A DNA stretch of 63,847 bases, the filler included. It is 5 parts of 5 records of this genome, joined end to end, with 100 filler letters (N's around TTAATTAATTAA, not from the genome) between each part and the next. Parts side by side here need not be neighbours in the genome. Positions count along the whole stretch, not along the records: positions 1 to 16,951 come from SRR22947725_6373; 4 more parts are not named here. One strand, given 5' to 3'. Shown one piece after another: positions 1-9,782 of the stretch. The first letter of the stretch is position 1. Each line of letters starts with the position of its first letter. Below the pieces are notes generated by a model, which was not told the origin of the DNA, ran no database searches, and was given only the letters and a program-made list of their open reading frames with translations. Made by a program: the position numbers and the translations under genes.

Positions 1-2567
1 TCTGCAAAGCGTTGGAGCACACCACCAGCCTCGTAAATCGAAAGCTCTTCCGCGGTATCCAATCGGCAGGTGACGGGCATGCTCAGTGTCTCGCCATTCT
101 TTCGGGTCATGACCACGGTCAATGGTGCACCCGGGTCTGGCGTGCCCTCAACCGTAAAGGTTTCGGAGCCGTCGATGGCGTAGGTTTCTCGATGGGTGCC
201 AGCTTTGAATTCGAGTGGCAACACGCCCATGCCAATGAGATTGGTGCGATGAATACGTTCAAAGCCCTCGGCGACAATGACTTCAACGCCCGCGAGGCGA
301 ACGCCCTTAGCCGCCCAGTCTCGCGAGGAACCCTGTCCATAGTCTGCGCCGGCGATGATGATCAATGGTTGCGCGCGGGCCATGTAGGTTTCAATGGCTT
401 CCCACATGCGCGTCACGGTGCCTTCAGGCTCAATGCGCGTGAGCGAGCCTTGTTGAACAGCGCCATCAACGGTTGCCATTTCATTGACGAGTTTAGGATT
501 GGCAAAGGTTGCGCGCTGGGCTGTTAAGTGATCGCCGCGATGGGTCGCATAGGAATTAAAGTCTTCCTCTGGCAAACCCATTTTATCAAGGTATTCACCG
601 GCCGCGCTGTCCAACATGATCGCGTTGGAGGGCGACAGGTGATCGGTTGTGATGTTGTCCCCCAGCACGGCAAGTGGGCGAAGGTCTGTCAGCGTCCGGG
701 GTCGGGCGAGCGCGCCCTCCCAATACGGCGGCCGTCTGATATAGGTGCTGTCGGGTCGCCAATCATAAAGTGGTGGCGTCACGTCGGTTACGTCTTTGAC
801 CTTGATAAACATTGGGTCATAGACCTGGGTGAAATGTTCGGGCTTGACGCTGGTTGCAACAATGGCATCAATTTCTTCATCGCTCGGCCAGATGTCTTTC
901 AATGTGATTGGGTTGCCGGAGGGATCATGGCCGAGGACGTCTTGCTCGATATCAAAGCGAATCGTGCCCGCAATCGCGTAAGCCACAACCAAAGGCGGTG
1001 AGGCAAGAAAAGCTTGTTTTGCGTAAGGATGAATTCGGCCATCAAAGTTGCGGTTGCCTGACAAGACTGCCGTTGCGTACAGATCGCGATCGATCACTTC
1101 TTTTTGGATGACAGGATCCAGTGCGCCGCTCATGCCGTTACAGGTCGTGCAGGCAAAGCCAACAATACCAAAGCCCAGGCGCTCTAACTCGGTCAACAGG
1201 TTGGCATCTTCAAGATAAAGTTGGACGGCCTTAGAACCTGGGGCGAGGGACGTTTTCACCCAAGGCTTGCGCGTTAACCCCAAAGCGTTTGCTTTTTTAG
1301 CAAGCAGCGCGGCACTAATGACATTCCTTGGATTGGACGTATTGGTGCACGATGTAATGGCCGCGATGATGACCGCGCCATCGGGCATCAGGCTTGGGTC
1401 ATGCTCGGTTGGGCCGGTAATGCCGGCATCTGCAAGCTCGTTGGTTGCGACCCGACGATGCGGATTCGACGGACCCGCCATGTTACGGCCGACGGTTGAC
1501 AGATCAAATGTTAAAACCCGCTCATAGTCGGCCTCAACCAGTTCGCTCGCCCACAAGCCGGTTTGGCGAGCATAGGTCTCAACCAACTGAACCTGCTCGG
1601 GTGCCCTTGCTGTGAGGGTTAGGTAATCAATGGTTTTTTCATCGATGTAAAACATAGCCGCGGTCGCCCCAAACTCTGGCGTCATATTCGAAATCGTTGC
1701 TCTGTCGCCCAAGGTTAGTGCGGCAGCGCCTGCCCCGAAAAACTCTAGGTAGGACGAAACGACGCGTTCTGCCCGCAGGAACTCGGTCAGGGCCAGGACA
1801 ATGTCGGTGGCTGTAATGCCGGGTTGACGCGTTCCGGTGAGCTCAACGCCGATGATGTCGGGTAGGCGCATGTAGGACGCGCGGCCGAGCATGACGCTTT
1901 CTGCTTCTAGCCCGCCGACGCCAATGGCGATGACGCCGAGCGCATCAACATGAGGGGTATGGCTGTCGGTTCCAACGAGGGTATCAGGAAAGGCAATGCC
2001 GTCTTGGTTGTGGATGACCGGTGACATTCGCTCCAAATTAATTTGATGCATAATGCCGTTCCCCGGCGGAATGACATCAACATTCTCAAAAGCGGTTTTG
2101 GTCCAGTCAATAAAGTGAAAGCGGTCATCGTTGCGTCGATCTTCGATAGCGCGGTTTTTTTCAAAGGCATCGGGGTCGAAGCCAGCATGTTCAACGGCCA
2201 GGGAGTGATCAACGATTAATTGCGTTGGTACAACCGGGTTCACTTGCGCCGGATCCCCACCCCTTGCGGCGATGGCATCTCGTAGCCCAGCAAGGTCAAC
2301 CAAGGCGGTTTGGCCCAGGATGTCATGACAGACCACGCGCGCCGGATACCAGGGGAAATCAAGATCGCGCTTGCGTTCGATCAGCTGCATGAGCGCGGCG
2401 TCAAGCAGGCTTGGGTCACATCGTCTGACGAGGTTCTCAGCGAGTACTTTCGAGGTGTAAGGCAGCTTGCGATAGCTGCCCGGGGCTAAGGCCTCAATCG
2501 CTTCTTCTGTATCGAAGTAGTCTAAGGTGGTTCCGGGTAACGGCTTTCTATATTGGCTATTGATCAT
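1..2567 (-). CDS. acnD: Fe/S-dependent 2-methylisocitrate dehydratase AcnD (3' end runs off window)
   Basis: Not in the ORF track because there is no stop in the window. Manual translation from ATG 2567 gives MINSQYRKPLPGTTLDYFDTEEAIEALAPGSYRKLPYTSKVLAENLVRRCDP; the window start reads RLDTAEELSIYEAGGVLQRFA. Both match the termini of AcnD; ~855 codons. Confidence 0.93.
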   Translation of the reverse strand, partial: MINSQYRKPLPGTTLDYFDTEEAIEALAPGSYRKLPYTSKVLAENLVRRCDPSLLDAALMQLIERKRDLDFPWYPARVVCHDILGQTALVDLAGLRDAIAARGGDPAQVNPVVPTQLIVDHSLAVEHAGFDPDAFEKNRAIEDRRNDDRFHFIDWTKTAFENVDVIPPGNGIMHQINLERMSPVIHNQDGIAFPDTLVGTDSHTPHVDALGVIAIGVGGLEAESVMLGRASYMRLPDIIGVELTGTRQPGITATDIVLALTEFLRAERVVSSYLEFFGAGAAALTLGDRATISNMTPEFGATAAMFYIDEKTIDYLTLTARAPEQVQLVETYARQTGLWASELVEADYERVLTFDLSTVGRNMAGPSNPHRRVATNELADAGITGPTEHDPSLMPDGAVIIAAITSCTNTSNPRNVISAALLAKKANALGLTRKPWVKTSLAPGSKAVQLYLEDANLLTELERLGFGIVGFACTTCNGMSGALDPVIQKEVIDRDLYATAVLSGNRNFDGRIHPYAKQAFLASPPLVVAYAIAGTIRFDIEQDVLGHDPSGNPITLKDIWPSDEEIDAIVATSVKPEHFTQVYDPMFIKVKDVTDVTPPLYDWRPDSTYIRRPPYWEGALARPRTLTDLRPLAVLGDNITTDHLSPSNAIMLDSAAGEYLDKMGLPEEDFNSYATHRGDHLTAQRATFANPKLVNEMATVDGAVQQGSLTRIEPEGTVTRMWEAIETYMARAQPLIIIAGADYGQGSSRDWAAKGVRLAGVEVIVAEGFERIHRTNLIGMGVLPLEFKAGTHRETYAIDGSETFTVEGTPDPGAPLTVVMTRKNGETLSMPVTCRLDTAEELSIYEAGGVLQRFA

Positions 2568-2855
2568 CGTGCTTTATCCGTTGCAATTAGACCAGGTCAC
2601 GGTTGCTGAGCTGGCGGCTTGAGTTTAGAGATAGGGTGCGGGTTGTTATAGGCCTTGGCGGTTTGACCGCTTGCAAGCTCCCTGTTGCGCGCGCTCATGA
2701 TACCTTAACTTCATTCGTTCGTCCTGTGCAGCGTGCGCCATCTGGCGCGCGGTGAGCGGCAAAGGATTCGAATGCCAAGCTGTTTTTATTAATGATACAG
2801 TGAGGTCTAGTCACTTGGTAAACCTGTAACTGGGCCTAAAAATCCATTGGAGAAG

Positions 2856-4037
2856 ATGATGAATACCGTGTCCCGGTCACATGAGGCCGAACTCATTAAC
2901 GCGGCGAGCGTCTTGCAAGAGCAGCTTGGTCGCCGCCGTCGAGAAATCGATGAAGCCCGTCAACTCCCCCAGGATCTTGCGGATCAATTGGCGGATCACG
3001 GCTTTTATCGGTTGGTTGTGCCAGAGGATTTGGGCGGGCTTGGGGTGTCGCCAGAAACCTTCTGTCGAATTTGCGAAGTGTTAGCCGAAGCCAATGGTTC
3101 AACCGCATGGTGCGTGTTTATTGGTGCGACGTCACAATACTTATTTGGGGCGCTGCCTCAGGCGCAGCTTGAGGAGATGTTAAAAGATCCCAATGTCATT
3201 ACCAGTGGGGTCTTTGCCGATAGTGGCACGGTCTGTTTTGAAAGCCGCAACGGTGCCCCGGGTTATCGAGTCAATGGCCATTGGCGCTGGGGCTCAGGGT
3301 GTCGTAATGCGGCCTGGATCTCGGGCGGTGTTCATGAGGTGAATTCGGATGGAGAACGAATCAAAAGCGACGCGCCTTTAACCCGCGTCTTTTTCAAGCC
3401 CGATGAAGTTGAGATTCAAGATAACTGGCACGTGTCCGGCTTGCGGGGTTCCGGGTCGAGCGATTACATCGCTCAAAATGTTTGGGTGCCGGCGGCCCGA
3501 TTGTCTGGCAATGTTGAAGACACGCCGCATGCCTCAAGGCCGATCTATCGGTTCCCCAAATTTGCGCTGCTTGGCTGCCCCATCGGCGCGATTTGTTTGG
3601 GGATGGCCATAGCCTGTTTGCAGGAAGTTATAAAAGTGTCCAAGCAAAAGACGCCCCAGGGCAGCCGCCGGCCCTTATCACTGCGCCCGTCTTTGCACAT
3701 TGAACTCGCGGCATCAGAGACGGCCCTGAGCGCTGCAAAGAGTTTATTTTATCAGCGCATTGCGCAAGCCTGGGATCACGCGCAACTGGGGCCTGCAAGT
3801 CTGGACGATCGGCGCGGCCTTCGAACCGCAACCGTTCACCTGGTGAATACCTCGATCAACGTGATCGACAAGATGTATTCCGTGATGGGCGGAACCTCGG
3901 TGTATGAAGACTCCTGCCTGCAGCAACATTTTCGAGATGTGCACGTTGCCTCCCAGCATATGATGGTGGGTGAGCCTGTTATGGAGCTGGCGGGTCGGGT
4001 GATGTTGGACTTAGATAACCAGGCCTTGGGCCTCTGA
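2856..4037 (+). CDS. Acyl-CoA dehydrogenase-fold flavin-dependent monooxygenase (HsaA/IacA-like oxygenase component)
   Basis: GSTAWC, GHWRWGSGC, DNWHVSGLRGSGS, QHFRDVH..QH motifs; GGAG SD upstream of ATGATG at 2856/2859. Confidence 0.8.
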   Translation: MMNTVSRSHEAELINAASVLQEQLGRRRREIDEARQLPQDLADQLADHGFYRLVVPEDLGGLGVSPETFCRICEVLAEANGSTAWCVFIGATSQYLFGALPQAQLEEMLKDPNVITSGVFADSGTVCFESRNGAPGYRVNGHWRWGSGCRNAAWISGGVHEVNSDGERIKSDAPLTRVFFKPDEVEIQDNWHVSGLRGSGSSDYIAQNVWVPAARLSGNVEDTPHASRPIYRFPKFALLGCPIGAICLGMAIACLQEVIKVSKQKTPQGSRRPLSLRPSLHIELAASETALSAAKSLFYQRIAQAWDHAQLGPASLDDRRGLRTATVHLVNTSINVIDKMYSVMGGTSVYEDSCLQQHFRDVHVASQHMMVGEPVMELAGRVMLDLDNQALGL

Positions 4038-4074
4038 TGCGACGCGCTATAACGTTCTGGCAAGGTAATGCGAT

Positions 4075-5010
4075 ATGGATTTGAAATTTGGACTGGCAAC
4101 GCCCAGTCAATTGTGGTCGCTGCAATGGGCTGATCGGCAGGCGTTGCTGAACGAGATCGATGACGGTGGCTTTACGCATGTATTCTTAGCCGATCATGTC
4201 TCTTTTCGAAATGGTGCAGGGGCTGATGGGTTTGTTGAGGCCGCAGCGCTTGCTCAACTGCACCCCAGTTTGGGTGTCATGATCAGCATTTATTTATTGC
4301 CTTTACGACATCCGCTGCCCGTGGCCCGGCAGTTGGCGTCGATGGCGAGAGTTGCGCCCGGACGGTTTACGTTTGGGGTTGGTATTGGCGGTGAAGATCC
4401 TCACGAGCTTGCTGTGTGCGGGGTTAACCCTCGGCAGCGTGGTGTTCGCGCCAACGAATCCTTGACGATCATTCAAGGGCTGCTTCGAGGTGAGACGGTG
4501 TCTTTCTCGGGGAAAGCCTTTGAAATCGATAGTGCGGTCATTCGGCCGACGCCTGCAATTGCGATTCCAACGCTGGTGGGCGGTCGGTCTGATGCGGCGC
4601 TTAAGCGCACTGCGCGGTTTGGCGATGGCTGGATTGGGGTGTGGTGCTCGGTCAAACGCTATGCGCAAGCGGTTGCAATGATCGAAGCGGAAGCCATCGC
4701 TCTCGGCCGAAACAACGTGGATTGGTGTCACGGTTACCAGCCTTGGGTTGGGGTGGATTGGAGCAGTACCGAGACGGCCAAGGCCGCGGTCAAATCCGGC
4801 ATGGAAGCGTTTTATAAAATCCCCTTTGAACAGTTTGAGCGCTATACGCCGGCTGGGACGCCTTTAGAGGTTGCGGCGCAATTAGCGCCCTATGCCCGGG
4901 CTGGTTGCAAAATGTTCAACCTGAAAGTCTGTGCCGAGCATCCCGAGGAAGAAGTTGCCCTCGGTGCGGCAGTGATAGAACATTTGACGCAGCTACTGGC
5001 AGCGGATTAA
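4075..5010 (+). CDS. LLM-class (luciferase-like) flavin-dependent oxidoreductase
   Basis: FLADHV, LLPLRHPLPVARQLAS, GRFTFGVGIGG, GGRSDAALKRTARFGDGWI. Confidence 0.85.
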   Translation: MDLKFGLATPSQLWSLQWADRQALLNEIDDGGFTHVFLADHVSFRNGAGADGFVEAAALAQLHPSLGVMISIYLLPLRHPLPVARQLASMARVAPGRFTFGVGIGGEDPHELAVCGVNPRQRGVRANESLTIIQGLLRGETVSFSGKAFEIDSAVIRPTPAIAIPTLVGGRSDAALKRTARFGDGWIGVWCSVKRYAQAVAMIEAEAIALGRNNVDWCHGYQPWVGVDWSSTETAKAAVKSGMEAFYKIPFEQFERYTPAGTPLEVAAQLAPYARAGCKMFNLKVCAEHPEEEVALGAAVIEHLTQLLAAD

Positions 5011-5285
5011 TGCATGGCGTTTGCGCGAGGACTTCGTCGAGTACTTTGCGGAGAAAACCCCAGGGTCGCCCCTTATACTAGGCAGGGAATCAATAGGACT
5101 AAGGTAAGTCAAGCCAAGCGGCGTCACTTGGGGGCAGGGGGTTTTGCAGAGCCTGGTGAGCGGCCGTCAGGCGCCAGCGGCTTCTGTCAGTTCAGTGTGG
5201 CAGAGGTGATTGGTTAGCCACTGTATCGCAACCGTTTGCGAGGGTGACGCTGGGCATGGATCCAAAGAAGAACCAAGGAGAGACG

Positions 5286-6923
5286 ATGATCGAGGTTTAT
5301 GTCGCTAAAAATATCGTCACGATGAATCCTTCGTTGCCAGAGGCGACGGCGATTGCGATTCGTGATGGCGAGATCCTTGAAGTGGGGAGTCTTGAGAGCC
5401 TTTCACCATGGCTCATCCGCGACGATTATCAAATCATTGAGACCTTTCAGGACTGCGTGATCGTGCCAGGGTTCATTGACCCGCATCTGCACCCTGCAAT
5501 GGCGGCGGTGATACTCCCGATGCACTTTATAACGGCAATGCCTTGGACGCTGCCCTGGTGTGAGGTCCCAGCATCACTCACGCCGCACGCCTTTGACCAA
5601 GAAATGCACCGCATCAGTGCAACGGTTACCGACGAGATTCTGATCTTCTGGGGTCATCATGATCTCTGGCATGGAACGATGCACCGAGATCGCTTGGACG
5701 CAATTGATGCCGATCGGCCGATCGTTGCGTGGAACCGGTCTTTCCATGAGTTGCATATGAATACCGCGTGCATGGCGCAGCTTGGCATCACCGAGGCGTC
5801 GATTTCAGGTCGCGCGCAGATCGATTTTGAGGCGGGTCGTTTTTTCGAAAATGGCTTGGCGTTTGCGATCCAAAAGTTAAACCCTTATATCCTTTCAGAC
5901 ACGCGATTCACGCTCGGTCTTGAACGATTAAAGCAAGTCGTGCACGCCGGTGGTCACACAACCATTGGCGACCTGGCCGTAGGTTTGTTCGACTTTGAGC
6001 GAGAGTTGGCCACAACGGTTAAAATTTTCGAACGCGACGACACACCCTTTCGAATCGAGCAAGTCCCGCATGGTGCCGTGATTACCCATAATCGCAGTTT
6101 TGAAGAAACCCAGGCGTTGCTGTCGGACTTGTCCGCGAACAGCAGTCATCGACTGAATTTTCGAGCCCGGGTGAAATTGTTTTCCGATGGGGCGTTTTTT
6201 TCCCAGCTCGCACAGTTATTGTCGCCAGGTTATCTGAACGGGCATGTGGGTGAGTGGCTCACCGCGCCCGAGGTGCTGCACGAGCATATTCTGAATTTTT
6301 GGCGGGCGGGTTACCAGATCCATGTTCATGTGACCGGTGATATGGGGGTTGAAGTTGCCCTAGACGGCCTGGCAAAGGCCCAGGCCGAGCATCCAAGGCT
6401 GTTGCATGGCTTTACGCTGGAGCACATGGGGTATGCAACGCCAGAGCAAATCGAGCGCGCGAAAGGGCTGGGCGCATCGGTTTCGGCGAATATTTATTAT
6501 CTGCATGAATTGTCAGGACGTTATGCGGAACTGTCCGTGGGGTATGAGCGGGCCTCGACAATGGGGCGCTTAAAGACCTGTTTCGACGCCGGCATTACCA
6601 CGGCCCTGCATTCAGATTTTACGATGGCGCCGGCCCAGCCCTTGCTCAATATGTGGGTCGCGGTGAACCGCATCAATGCCCAAGGTGAGCAGATGGGGCC
6701 GGCAGAGTGCCTGACGCCGAATCAAGCGCTGGCGGCGGTCACGCTCAATGCGGCCAAAATTCTCGGCATTGAGACCTTCACGGGGAGCCTTCGAGCGGGT
6801 AAACGCGCTGATCTAACCGTCTTGTCCGACAGTCCCTTAACGGTTGATCCAATGCGGATCAAAGATATTCGGGTTGTCGCAACCGTGTTTGAAGGAAGCG
6901 TGGCGCCCATTGAAACCGCTTAA
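5286..6923 (+). CDS. Metal-dependent amidohydrolase (Amidohydro_3/YtcJ-like)
   Basis: PGFIDPHLH, VKLFSDG, IHVHVTGD, LEH, HSD, GSLRAGKRADL; AAGGAG SD before ATG 5286. Confidence 0.85.
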   Translation: MIEVYVAKNIVTMNPSLPEATAIAIRDGEILEVGSLESLSPWLIRDDYQIIETFQDCVIVPGFIDPHLHPAMAAVILPMHFITAMPWTLPWCEVPASLTPHAFDQEMHRISATVTDEILIFWGHHDLWHGTMHRDRLDAIDADRPIVAWNRSFHELHMNTACMAQLGITEASISGRAQIDFEAGRFFENGLAFAIQKLNPYILSDTRFTLGLERLKQVVHAGGHTTIGDLAVGLFDFERELATTVKIFERDDTPFRIEQVPHGAVITHNRSFEETQALLSDLSANSSHRLNFRARVKLFSDGAFFSQLAQLLSPGYLNGHVGEWLTAPEVLHEHILNFWRAGYQIHVHVTGDMGVEVALDGLAKAQAEHPRLLHGFTLEHMGYATPEQIERAKGLGASVSANIYYLHELSGRYAELSVGYERASTMGRLKTCFDAGITTALHSDFTMAPAQPLLNMWVAVNRINAQGEQMGPAECLTPNQALAAVTLNAAKILGIETFTGSLRAGKRADLTVLSDSPLTVDPMRIKDIRVVATVFEGSVAPIETA

Positions 6924-7803
6924 ATCAACCAATGGTCGGCATAACGACCGTCCGCTAACTGTGATTGCCGGTTATCTTGGGGCGGGAAAAACGACCTTGA
7001 TCAATCGGATGCTTGCCGAGGCAGTGCAACCGTTTGCGGTCATCGTGAATGATTTGGGTGCGCTCGCGGTGGACGAGGCCTTGATTGCTGGCCAGCAAGG
7101 CACAACCCTTTCTCTAACCAACGGTTGTGCCTGTTGCCAGATCAGCGCGGACCTTGCCGCCCAGTTGGCCCGATTGCGGCAGGACGATTTTAGCGCGTTG
7201 GTGTTCGAGGCCAGTGGGGTTGCTAAAGCCAGCCGTCTTGCGACTTTGACCAGTCAGGCAGAAGGCTACGCACTGGCGAAAGTGGTCACGTTGGTGGATG
7301 GATTCGATGCGCCTCGATTGCTCGCGGATGCTTATTTATCGCCCTTGATTAAAGAGCAGATTGCGACGGCAGACTGGGTTCTGCAAACCAAACGATCCGA
7401 GGGGGTGCATCCATCGCTGGCTCGGTTAGCAAAGGATATTGATCAATTGCCGTCATCGGGTCCGCTACCTGCGGCCCTGGCGCCCGGGTATTGCTTTGAT
7501 CAAAGAGGACGTCTTGAGGCTGGCATCAAGGCGCCGTTATTTCAACATCGCGTTATTTTTCCAAAACCAGACCTTGCCCCGGACGCGCTTCAAAAATTCA
7601 TTGCAGATCACCCCGAAATTGAACGGGTTAAGGGTTGGCTGGTAGGGCCGACAGACGCGGTCTTAGTGCAGGCGACGCGCGCGCATTTTCAGGCGCGAGC
7701 AGTCGCCCGCGCCCAGGGCCAGGGTGTGCAGTTTATTTGGCGGGGTGACATTGAGCTTGATTTTTCAGCGCTTACTGATTGTTTCGATGTGCTCATCAAG
7801 TAA
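6910..7803 (+). CDS. COG0523/CobW-family G3E GTPase (putative metallochaperone)
   Basis: GYLGAGKTT Walker A, VIVNDLG, LTNGCACC (CxCC), FEASG, RVKG in the C-terminal domain; start uncertain (TTG 6910 chosen, track gives 6844). Confidence 0.8.
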   Translation: MKPLKSTNGRHNDRPLTVIAGYLGAGKTTLINRMLAEAVQPFAVIVNDLGALAVDEALIAGQQGTTLSLTNGCACCQISADLAAQLARLRQDDFSALVFEASGVAKASRLATLTSQAEGYALAKVVTLVDGFDAPRLLADAYLSPLIKEQIATADWVLQTKRSEGVHPSLARLAKDIDQLPSSGPLPAALAPGYCFDQRGRLEAGIKAPLFQHRVIFPKPDLAPDALQKFIADHPEIERVKGWLVGPTDAVLVQATRAHFQARAVARAQGQGVQFIWRGDIELDFSALTDCFDVLIK

Positions 7804-8151
7804 AGGGGCGTGAATGTCTAGGCATCTAAGGGACCCTTAAGCCAGCAACTCACTAAGGTGAGGGCTCATGGATCCAACGAGGCGCGGGCCTGAGTGAAAT
7901 CGGATTGCATCGATTAATCGGCCGCCCGTATAGGGCAAATAGAGCAGCCTTGGCGGCGCCAACGAACGGCTCGACTTTGAGGCGATGATGGATTGCGCGC
8001 CTTGAGGGATCGATCGATAAATGCTCGAATAAGAAAAGCCGTTTTAATCAGGGTTTGACTCAAAAAAGTCCGGGGTAATTCTAGATTGGGTAACGACAGT
8101 AGAATCAATTGAGCCTTGTTTAAAGCAAGACTCAGACTCGAGGAGGTCGAT

Positions 8152-8697
8152 ATGTTCTATATGGGTTTATGCTTATTTTTTGGTCCTCACGGTTTGATGT
8201 TGATTCAACCCGTCCGGCTGCGCATCCAGACCTTTATACCGACAGCGCACTATCTGGGGTTGTTCAGTTTGATGAGCCTATTCGGACTTGGCTTGATCAG
8301 TGCGGGTTACGACCCGAAATTTGCAATCGAGGCGCCGGTTTTGCCTTGGGTGGGCATACTGAGTCCTTGGCTCATGTTTGCGGCCTTTTTCTTTTTAATT
8401 GCAGCAAATGTCCCAGGATGGACGCGGTATCGCGTTCAACATCCGATGACCCTTGGGATCAGTCTTTGGGCGCTGACGCATTTGGCGGTTAACCCGGACC
8501 TGCATGCTTGGCTGATGTTTGGTTGCTTTTTTGTTTTGGTGGTCGCCTCGGCTCTGACCGCTTCCGGGAGACAAAAAAACAACCCCAAACCCGCGCCCCG
8601 TTGGATCTTTGATGGTCTGACCCTGGGATTAGCCAGTGGATTAACCTTTTGTGTTTACACATTTCATGGTGCGTTGTTTGGGGTTGAATTGTCTTGA
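8152..8697 (+). CDS. NnrU-family membrane protein
   Basis: Hydrophobic helices, LFFGPH, RVQHPMTLGISLWALTHL, terminal FHGALFGV; GGAGG SD before ATG 8152. Confidence 0.75.
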   Translation: MFYMGLCLFFGPHGLMLIQPVRLRIQTFIPTAHYLGLFSLMSLFGLGLISAGYDPKFAIEAPVLPWVGILSPWLMFAAFFFLIAANVPGWTRYRVQHPMTLGISLWALTHLAVNPDLHAWLMFGCFFVLVVASALTASGRQKNNPKPAPRWIFDGLTLGLASGLTFCVYTFHGALFGVELS

Positions 8698-9209
8698 TCA
8701 AAACAGTTGATAACGACGCGGGAACGGCGCCGATCAGCGACTTAGATCGAGATGAAGGCTACATGATGCTCGCGCTGGAGCAGGCCGCCTTGGCTGAAGG
8801 CCTGGGAGAAGTGCCAGTGGGCGCGGTGGTGGTCTCCGATGGGATCGTCATTGGCCGCGGCCATAACCGAATGATCGCGGATCAAGACCCAACGGCCCAT
8901 GCTGAGATCGTGGCGCTTCGGCAGGCGGCACAAGTGCTGAAAAACTATCGGGTTGTGGCGGCGACGCTTTATGTCACCTTGGAACCCTGCGCAATGTGCG
9001 CGGGCGCGATGGTTCATGCGCGGCTTCAAACCCTGGTGTTTGGCGCCAGTGAACCGAGGGCCGGGGCGGTTTGCTCGCAACAGCGTTTTTTCGAGTCAAC
9101 CTACTTGAATCATCAGGTCGTCGCGCGAGGCGGCATTCTGGCAGCGGCGAGTTCGGCGCGGCTTAAGGCCTTTTTTAAGGCTAAACGACAGGGCCCGCCG
9201 GGGACCTAA
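8694..9209 (+). CDS. tadA: tRNA adenosine(34) deaminase
   Basis: GEVPVGAVVV, DPTAHAE, LYVTLEPCAMCAGAM, NH, LKAFFK. Confidence 0.92.
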   Translation: MIKTVDNDAGTAPISDLDRDEGYMMLALEQAALAEGLGEVPVGAVVVSDGIVIGRGHNRMIADQDPTAHAEIVALRQAAQVLKNYRVVAATLYVTLEPCAMCAGAMVHARLQTLVFGASEPRAGAVCSQQRFFESTYLNHQVVARGGILAAASSARLKAFFKAKRQGPPGT

Positions 9210-9688
9210 AACTTGGTCGATAAGATGCGACTGAGATCCTCCAGTGCGACTCGATCAATGTCGCTAAAATTTTTGGGCTGAATGCTGTCAATATCCAGCA
9301 CACCGACGACTCGATTCTGCTTAATGATTGGCACCACGATCTCCGACTTCGAGGCGGCTGAGCAAGCGATATGCCCAGGAAAGTCATCAACATCGTCGAC
9401 AATGATGGTTTTGCGTTGTGCCCAACTCTGCCCGCAAACGCCGTCACCCAGTTTGATTCGAGTGCAGGCAATGGGGCCTTGAAACGGGCCCAGCACCATC
9501 CCACCGTGTTTAACCAGATAGAAACCGGCCCAAAGCACGTTTAAGCCTTGAAAAAGACCCGCGGCGGTATTGGCAAGGCTTGCTATCAGATCGTCCTCAT
9601 CTTGAAGCAGGGCTTGTATTTGAGGAATAAGCGCGTGATAGCGCGTGGCCCGATCCGATGTTTCAGGGAGGACGAGGGTCTCGGTCAT
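9206..9688 (-). CDS. msrC: GAF-domain free methionine-(R)-sulfoxide reductase
   Basis: WAGFY, LGPFQGPIACTRI, GVCG, FPGHIACS..SKSEIVVP, GVLDIDS. Confidence 0.85.
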   Translation of the reverse strand: MTETLVLPETSDRATRYHALIPQIQALLQDEDDLIASLANTAAGLFQGLNVLWAGFYLVKHGGMVLGPFQGPIACTRIKLGDGVCGQSWAQRKTIIVDDVDDFPGHIACSAASKSEIVVPIIKQNRVVGVLDIDSIQPKNFSDIDRVALEDLSRILSTKF

Positions 9689-9782
9689 AATTTATCCCCT
9701 TTTTGAAGCCAGCAACGCAGCAAGTCATGGGACCGCAAGCAAAGCAAGGCTATAATAAGCGTTTGTTCTCAATGGCGATAGC

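Noticed and set aside
12-2212. Track ORFs 12-527, 528-1001, 908-1111, 1267-1527 and 1907-2212
   Set aside because: Antisense or off-frame shadows of acnD with no recognisable motifs. The same applies to the many short ORFs nested in purL, mutL, secA and other genes.
5081-5230. Cobalamin riboswitch suggested by AGGGAA and GCCACTG upstream of a CobW-like gene
   Set aside because: The other conserved elements (T-loop, CCCGC-ACTGT, GGGAAG, B12 box) are not present in the right order.
7804-8151. ~350-nt intergenic region; CATGGATCC also occurs near 5255 and, inverted, near 24106
   Set aside because: The match is only 9-14 nt with unrelated flanks and no convincing structure; compatible with chance.
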